A stretch of 64,000 nt of DNA from Octopus vulgaris (taxonomy: Eukaryota). How positions within the stretch are numbered: position 1 is the first letter of the stretch; each line of letters begins with the position of its first letter. The notes below the pieces were generated by a model. It saw nothing but the letters and a program-made list of their open reading frames with translations. It made no database searches and had not been told where the DNA came from. Positions 56,412-64,000 of the stretch are shown here, in pieces. The DNA lies in the NCBI GenBank assembly GCA_951406725.2, contig OX597819.1, positions 73,966,001 through 74,030,000 on the forward strand, given 5' to 3'. A program made the position numbers and the translations under genes.

Positions 56412-57999
56412 CAATGGCGAAAATTAATTTAAGACCGATGATAAAATTTCTATTTCTTACAAAATATTTTGCTACTAACACCATACAAATAATTTTTATC
56501 TTTTACACCTTATGCGGAATTTATTTCTCTTTCGAATGATGCAGACAATAACTATTTTTATGCAACTTGAAGAATTCTAATGCTAACTTCATAGAAATGT
56601 TTCGAATTTACTGGCAAAATTCGTTTAAGACCACGTAATTTGTATGCAAACTTTTTGCCAAAATTGGTGGTCACACAACTAGCCTAACTGCACTACATAG
56701 TGTTATAATTTAACGTTATTATACAATTGATTAATAAGGGGAAAACAACGTAACCTCAGTCCAGTCACGAGAGCAAAAATCGTATTACTCCACCAGCAAA
56801 AAATTCCTTTTCAAACATCAGCAAGCACCTAAAGTGCAGTAGAACGGCTTGTGTGCAAGCGTGGAAGATATACTCGGAGACTGGTTAATATAAAGATCGG
56901 CGAAGGACTGGTGCCCCAAGAAATACAACTGCACAGTTGGAACGTCGAATCCACCGACTTTCGGAAGGCAACAAGAATGGTGTTATTTTTACACCACAAA
57001 TCGTCCGCCACCTTTTGAGAGAATTTGGACTACACGGACGAATCGCTAGGTAAAAGCCAATAATATCCGAAAGAAATCGACTCAAACGCCTTAATTTCGC
57101 AAAAAACCATGCTCAATGAACTGCCGTAGATTGGTGCAGGGTCGTTTGGAGTGACGAGTCACGCTTCTGTATATTTGGATCAGATGGTAAAACATACGTC
57201 AAACATCGCCCAACCGAGGAAATCCATCCCAAATGCGTGAAAAAGACGGCGCAAGCGGTGTGGGGGTGTTATGGTGCGGGCGGCATTTCGTAGCTTTGAT
57301 GTTGGCCCTCTAGTTAAAGTTGCTGGAAAGCTAAATAGTGTAGATTATATGAATCTACTAAACGATAATGATGTGCCATATTTGACTCACCAAATGCCTT
57401 CGGGGGCTATTTATCAGCAGGACAATAGTCCTGTGCACAAAGCCCAAAGTTATGGAATTATTTGATCACCATAATATTGACGTAATCGAATGGCCTCCCC
57501 AGAGCCCGGACCGGAATCCGATCGACAACCTGTGGAATTATGTTTCCAAAATGTCTATGCTAAAAAACCATCTAATCTAAAACAATTATCCGATTATATC
57601 AATGAAATATGGCAAAATATTCCCATAGAATTTTGTAATCACTTAGCGAATTCAATGGCAAGACGTTGTTCAGCCGTTATTAAGAATAAAGGCTACGGCA
57701 CAAAGTACTAATCTGTATTTCGTTCTTGTTGCTCATTTTTGCTACAATCTTAAGCTTTAAATAAAATTATAATGATTTGATTTTAAACTAATTTTGCCGG
57801 TAAATTTGAAACGTTTATATTAATTTAGCATTAGAATTATTCAAGTTGTATAAAAATAGCTATTGTCTGCATCATTCGAAAGAGAAATAAATTCTGCATA
57901 AGGTGTAAACGATAAAGATAATTTGTATGGTGTTAGTAACAAAATATTTTGTAAGAAATAGAAATTTTAACATCGGTCTTGGATTTATTTACGCCAGTG
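56412..57999 (+). mobile_element. Tc1/mariner DNA transposon with ~220-bp TIRs, TA TSD and decayed transposase
   Basis: TA|caatggcg ... cgccagtg|TA; 56412-56635 is inverted at 57780-57999. Motifs VVWSDESRF, YQQDNSPVH and WPPQSPDRNPIDNLW, with stops and frameshifts. Confidence 0.92.
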
Positions 58000-59284
58000 T
58001 ATGTATGTATGTATGAATTTTTGTGTCCCCCCAGCATTGCTTGAGAGCCGATGCTGTTGTGGTTTCGTCCCTGTAAACTAGTGGTCCGGCAAAGTAGTCC
58101 GATAGAATACGTATTTGACTCGCACAGAATAAGGCTTGGGGTCGATTTGTTCTGCTAATGGCGAAATAATGAGAGAAATAATTAAGAGACAAAAAAGAAA
58201 AAAATATATTATATTAATCTGTTTGTGTGTGTGTGTGCATATGTCTGTGTGTGTGTGAGAGAGAGAGGGAGAGAGAGAAAGCCTTTACTAAGAGAAAAGT
58301 ACAATATTAAAATAGAAATATTTTTTAACAGCGAACTCGTTAGTAGCAGTGAGAAAGAGAGAAGAAAGGAAACAAATGGAAAACGAATTGGCCTTACTTC
58401 TGAAAATGTATAACCTACGAACAATAATGCGACTGTATTCAGGATGGGGGAAACCCATCACGTCGGGCTTCAATAATATAACATGATAATCTTTGGTGCC
58501 ATTTCACCAATATTTCTCAAAGACAAACAATTTTTACATGTTAGAGAATATCTGCTCGGTAAACTTCGGATGTCGCTCCCCGCGCGTTGTCAAAACAGCG
58601 AGAGGAAATAAACAACTTTCTCAATACGAAGATTCCATACTAATTTTGTTCTTTAGAAGACTTCCATAGCTCAGCTTAGCGAATTCATTCCTAGAAATAT
58701 ATGCGTACTTATCAATTAATTCGTGCACTTTTTGAAATTTTGGCCCAACTCGATATTTGATGCCTTAGACTTGTATTTCGTTTGAACACTCATCTTGCGC
58801 GAATGTATGATTGACAAGAAGCCTCACTATCCATCCATTTATCCCATCCGAACAGTCGTGGTTGTAAACCTTCTTTTCATTCACTTTACGTTTTTTGTGC
58901 CATCCTGTTGCCAGATTTGACAATGGCCGGACTGAATTCACGAGAAATTTTTCCTTTTTAAGAGATAAAAATCTCTAAGTAAAAGATTTTGTTAATTTTC
59001 TAAATGAAAATTTATGATAAATTTTCACTTTTATATTTCATAGCAATTATCTGACCTACACTCATCGATTTCTAATCTTTCTTGAGTAGCGCGTGACGAC
59101 CAATGCTTGTGTGTTTATATACACGTTACTTACCTGTTCGGCAAAAAGTGACCAAGGGAATCAGTACATAGCTTTCTGAAATAAGTCCTCAGGTCGGTAC
59201 ATTCGACTAAAAATTCTTCAATGTCGATCAACTGCATGACCGGAAACTAGCGGACTAGAACAAGTAAAAGAAGATATATATGTG

Positions 59285-59398
<114 letters not shown>

Positions 59399-61023
59399 TG
59401 TATGTATGTATGTATGTATGTATATACAGGTGGAAAGACGATTCGAATCTTGCATGTGTTAAGAAGTACTTCCTCACGATAATACGGTTCATATTTAGTG
59501 GAACTATGTTAAAGATTTGGGAAAGCATTTTCATAACAGCATATAGGTTACAGGCCAATTGCTAGTAGGTTACTTTCGCTTAACGGGAAATTACCGAGCG
59601 GGGAAAGTGCGTTACAGTTTCATGTTAAAAATCGTTGTTACTGTTGCCACCACCAGCATAGAGTGGTGTTACATATTACACGCTTTCCCTTGGGTTGAAA
59701 TGTAAATATTAATGAGTTGTGTAGGCACGTGCGATTTGGTTATGCATAACGTGCCTACAAGTCGCTTATAGTGCCTATGTAGTATCACCCAGATACCGTA
59801 TATCTCTATGAAGTCATTAATATTTCTGCACCGATATATTCTGAGGCATAAATAATCTGGAGCTTCTACCTTTTAGTAAAATGTTGGTTAGAGCAAGGAT
59901 TCTCTCAGCTCTCCCACTTCTTAGATGAATGCCCAAGAATTATCAGACTGTAGACACGGAAACGATAAGCTGACAGAATCAGAAGCACTTTGGACAAAAT
60001 GCTTAGCCAACCAGCAATGTTGATGACCCAGTAGTGTTCATTATCCAGCAGTGTTCACTGTGTTGTGTTCAAGCGAATCACAATTCAGTAATGATTACTA
60101 TCCAAAAGCGTTTGTTCTCCAACAGTGTTCATAGCACCAAAGAATTTACCGTTTCTCTGCTTTCACCATCTAAGAGACTTACCATTTTACAGTGTACATA
60201 ACTGAGCACTGTTCAATATCCAACAGTTTCTATTAAGGAAATGTATTTATTTTCTAACGTCTAATAGAGATCCCCATCTACTACTACCCAACAATGTTCA
60301 CTATTCTACAGTGTTTATTACACAACGCTGTTTACTAACGAACAGCATTCATTGTCCAAAAGAGAGCATTACCCAACAGTGATAATTTTCCAAGAATATC
60401 TATTCATGTTGTTCAATATTTAACTGCATACGTTATCCAAGAGTCTCTGCTGTATATTAATGTTCACTAACAAACTCTGTCCACCAGCCTGCGACGTTCA
60501 TTCTGGGACAGTGTTCACTATCTTGTTTCCTAACAAGCCATGTTCATTGTCCAGCAGTGTCCACAACAAACCCATGCCCAACATCTAACGTTATTTACAA
60601 TCGTAAAGCATTCATTATCTGACACTTCTAACTATCGAACAACTTTCATTATACAGCAATATTAACCAACTTACATTACTCGTTATCTAACAGTGTTTAC
60701 TTTGCTACCACACTCATTGTCCAACAATGTTCACCACCCAACAGTGTTCACAATCCAATACTGTTACATATCAGTCTCACTATCAGATAGTGTACATTAT
60801 CTAACAGAGCACACCATCATATTCTGTTTACTATCGTAGAATGTTCATTATCCGGCAATTTCCTCATCAATGTTTATGATCTCATGATATTCATTATCCA
60901 GAAGTATTCATTGTATACTGGATGTGAACATCCTTCTCATATATTCTTTATCAAGTTCCCATACTTACATATAACAGCACAATCTCTCAATCTCCCTCGT
61001 ATTTCTAATTAGTTATTCATACA

Positions 61024-61072
<49 letters not shown>

Positions 61073-62069
61073 ACACACATACATACATACTTCCATCCAT
61101 ACATCCATACATACATACATACATACATACATACATACATACATACATACATACATACATACATACATACGTACATACATACATAGATCTAGGTTAGAAA
61201 CCTGTTCTTTCTCTATTGGCAAGGAATCTTGAAACAGACTGTATAACAACGTACATACATAAACGTCTACGAGTAAAGGTGTGCGACTCTGACATGGCTG
61301 CACTCAGTGAATCACCACAGTTAGACGAATGGAAAGCTGGACACTTAAGATTCTGGACACGCTTGTTTCTGCAAGAAATGAGAACGAGACACGCAGCTCT
61401 CGTATTTCTGATCGCATCATGACTATTATGTCACGGCTTGATTGGGACACGCTATGTTTGACAAGTACTACGCTCTAAACATGACCACCTCTGAGCAGAA
61501 AAGAACGACTTTTCCAACTAAATTTCTGATGTTTGAAGGAGACATTTTCTGATAGGAAATATGAGATTCTTCTAGAAGATTACTCAATACAAGTGTGGCG
61601 ATATAACAGTGATCATTATTGATGTAATATCGACAAAAATATTGTGGTATTTCGATGAGCTTCGATGAGGAATGCACTAGTCCCGGGATATTTTCTCCTG
61701 CTGCATTTTCTCCAGTGAGGGCCGTAGGACATAATCTCGTCATAACATTGGAAGAACGAAAAAGAGAAGCAAGGTGTTTCTGAGTGTGCATCATCTTCGT
61801 ATTTTCCTCTCAGTTGTTTTATTCAAAAGAGGAAAAGATTCCCTCTGGTACAGGTTCGATGCAAGAATTGATAGTTTCCAACTTTGGCTCCAGGTCAGCA
61901 ATTTCGGGGTAGGTGTAATGGATTTCGTCGACCCCATTACGTAAATGGAACTAATTTTATGATGACGGGAAGAAAAAATGTCCTATTGGTGAGATACATT
62001 GTAATATAATATATATAAAATATATATTGAAGTGAAAGAAATGACTGTAACATGAAATATAAAAAGAAA

Positions 62070-62462
62070 TCTTTATATATAAAAGTTAAGTTGTGTGTCT
62101 GTCTCCCACGATTTAGATTCCTAACCACTCCCACATTTTGCGGTGCAGTGTAACCAAAAGCGGGTATCTTATAGTCGTGATTCGTATGAAGACATTCTGG
62201 TTATTAGCGCGCGTCTACGATGAGTCTACGATTTAAAAAAAAATTACCATCATTTTTCCCCCTTTTTCATGCATCTTTTTGCTATTATATATGGGAAGTA
62301 ACTCTCTAAAAATGTATTAATAAATCTCAGAACGTAAAAAGCTACAGTAACACCCCCTTTGTGGTTAGCCATATTGAGATGGCTATTATACTTTACATCT
62401 CTAAAAATGCTTATATAGTTATTTCCCTTATAAACCCGAGCAACGGCGGACGATACTGCTAG
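62070..62462 (+). mobile_element. Non-autonomous Helitron (393 bp)
   Basis: Starts TC and ends with a hairpin (cccgagcaacggcgg) plus CTAG. Inserted between A and T with no TSD; the empty site aaaaagaaa|ttattta is visible in the duplicate at 44061-44077. Confidence 0.88.
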
Positions 62463-63197
62463 TTATTTACAAAATAAATCACATCTTTTCATATCAAGAA
62501 ATAATGGAACAAGTAATAAATAAGATATGGATGTCTGTAACGAAGTTGTAATCCACTCATTGAACAAAATCAAAAACACAAACAACTGAATATAAAATAA
62601 AATATTAACTCTTTAATGTTTCCATACAAAAATATAATTCCCATTTATATAATAAATAATAGAAATGATGTTGGCGTATATGTGTGTGTGTGTGTGTGTG
62701 TGTGAGTATGCAGGGAAGTCTTGCTAGTATAATGCATAGGAATATGGTGTATATATTATAATGAAGATTAAAAAAATAGGAAATGGAATCGGAAAATAAA
62801 AAAATTAAAAATGAATTAATTAACGTAGCTATAGTTATGTATATATGAATATATATATATATATATAGATAAATATAGGTATGTATATATGAAAAATATA
62901 TATAGATTGATCCGTCACAGTCCCATTGGTTTAATCCGAACAACATCGATGTAACACGATATTAAATAGAAATATTTATTTCATAAAGGAGAAATATATG
63001 TTGTTTACGATTATAAACGTGATAAGAAAATATAAGATATAAATTTATGGAAATATTGGTATTTAACGATTAATATAATCGTCGATATGATTATTAAGTG
63101 GTGAAGCTAAAACACTTCTACATAATTGAAACGATACACTTGTATCTGATTTTTCTCTAACTGAGATTGGTTCCAGAAGTATTATAACGGGGATAAA

Positions 63198-63356
63198 TTA
63201 CATAAAGGATTCTAGAGTATTTTGAATGTGGTTTATATTTTCATGAAGTGTATGGAGTGTAATTATGGTAAACCATCGCTGCTTGGTTATTGGCACATCG
63301 TCCGGTAGCAAAAGACTGTTATCCACTTCGACATTTTGTTTGATGTTTGAAAATAT
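63198..63356 (-). CDS. Copy E: last coding exon of a fifth cytokine-like paralogue (rest lies beyond the window)
   Basis: tttcag|[52 protein letters not shown]; intron-4 homology continues to 64000. Confidence 0.85.
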   Translation of the reverse strand: MFSNIKQNVEVDNSLLLPDDVPITKQRWFTIITLHTLHENINHIQNTLESFM

Positions 63357-64000
63357 CTGAAATATATGAAAAGAACATTGTAAATAAGAGATACACATTA
63401 ATTGATATTAATACACACACAAATACAAACACACACACACACACATACACATGTAATGAAACCTACTGGAGCTCACAGTCCATAGGAAACCCAACGTGGA
63501 GGAGATCTAAACATGGTCAATGTAGCTATTTCTCTCTACATTCAATACTATAGAGACATTTATACACACATATTATATATCACATTTAGTGATACTAACA
63601 ATATACGCACACATGTTAGTAATATTATTAAATTAGAACGATTCAAAATTATTCTAATTGTAGTAATTCCGTCAAATAATTAGACATTCTACGCAGATTA
63701 CAATTCTATGCATTGTTGTCTACATCATAAAAATGAGGAAAGTGTGCAGAACGTCAGCTGATTATCGTCTGCACGAAGTAATTTACGACAGAAATCTTAG
63801 AAACCCTGAAGAGATGTAATCTGTAATCTTTTAGTAGTCATGAAACACTTTGAAAAAATGCTTCGAAATGAGTATATATTACTCCGAGGGAATCTAAAGA
63901 ATAGAACCATTGATCTTTGACAACAGTTTCTGTAAATAAACTGACTATATCTTCCCGGATCAATTCTATGATATATATATTTAATATATTCCCATAAACA

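Overview
AT-rich, microsatellite-dense eukaryotic DNA. The SINE, RTE, Dong and Penelope repertoire suggests an octopus or other cephalopod genome (inference). Most ORFs in the supplied track are microsatellite or transposon artefacts. The main signal is a cluster of five paralogues of one spliced gene in alternating orientation (A-, B+, C-, D+, and E-, which is cut by the window edge). The gene has five coding exons (19/158/135/231/159 nt, intron phases 1,0,0,0) and encodes a secreted protein of about 233 aa. Its signal peptide, four predicted amphipathic helices and exon layout resemble long-chain class-I helical cytokines (IL-6/IL-11/G-CSF/GH type). The copies differ in promoter, first exon, a cysteine pair and splice integrity, and show signs of inter-paralogue recombination. 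The window also holds an intact-looking hammerhead ribozyme in a Penelope-type terminal-repeat element, microsatellite-associated LINEs (Dong/R4 in TAA, Tx1/L1 in TCTA), a near full-length RTE LINE, a Tc1 element with long TIRs, Helitrons, SINEs and multi-kb segmental duplications.
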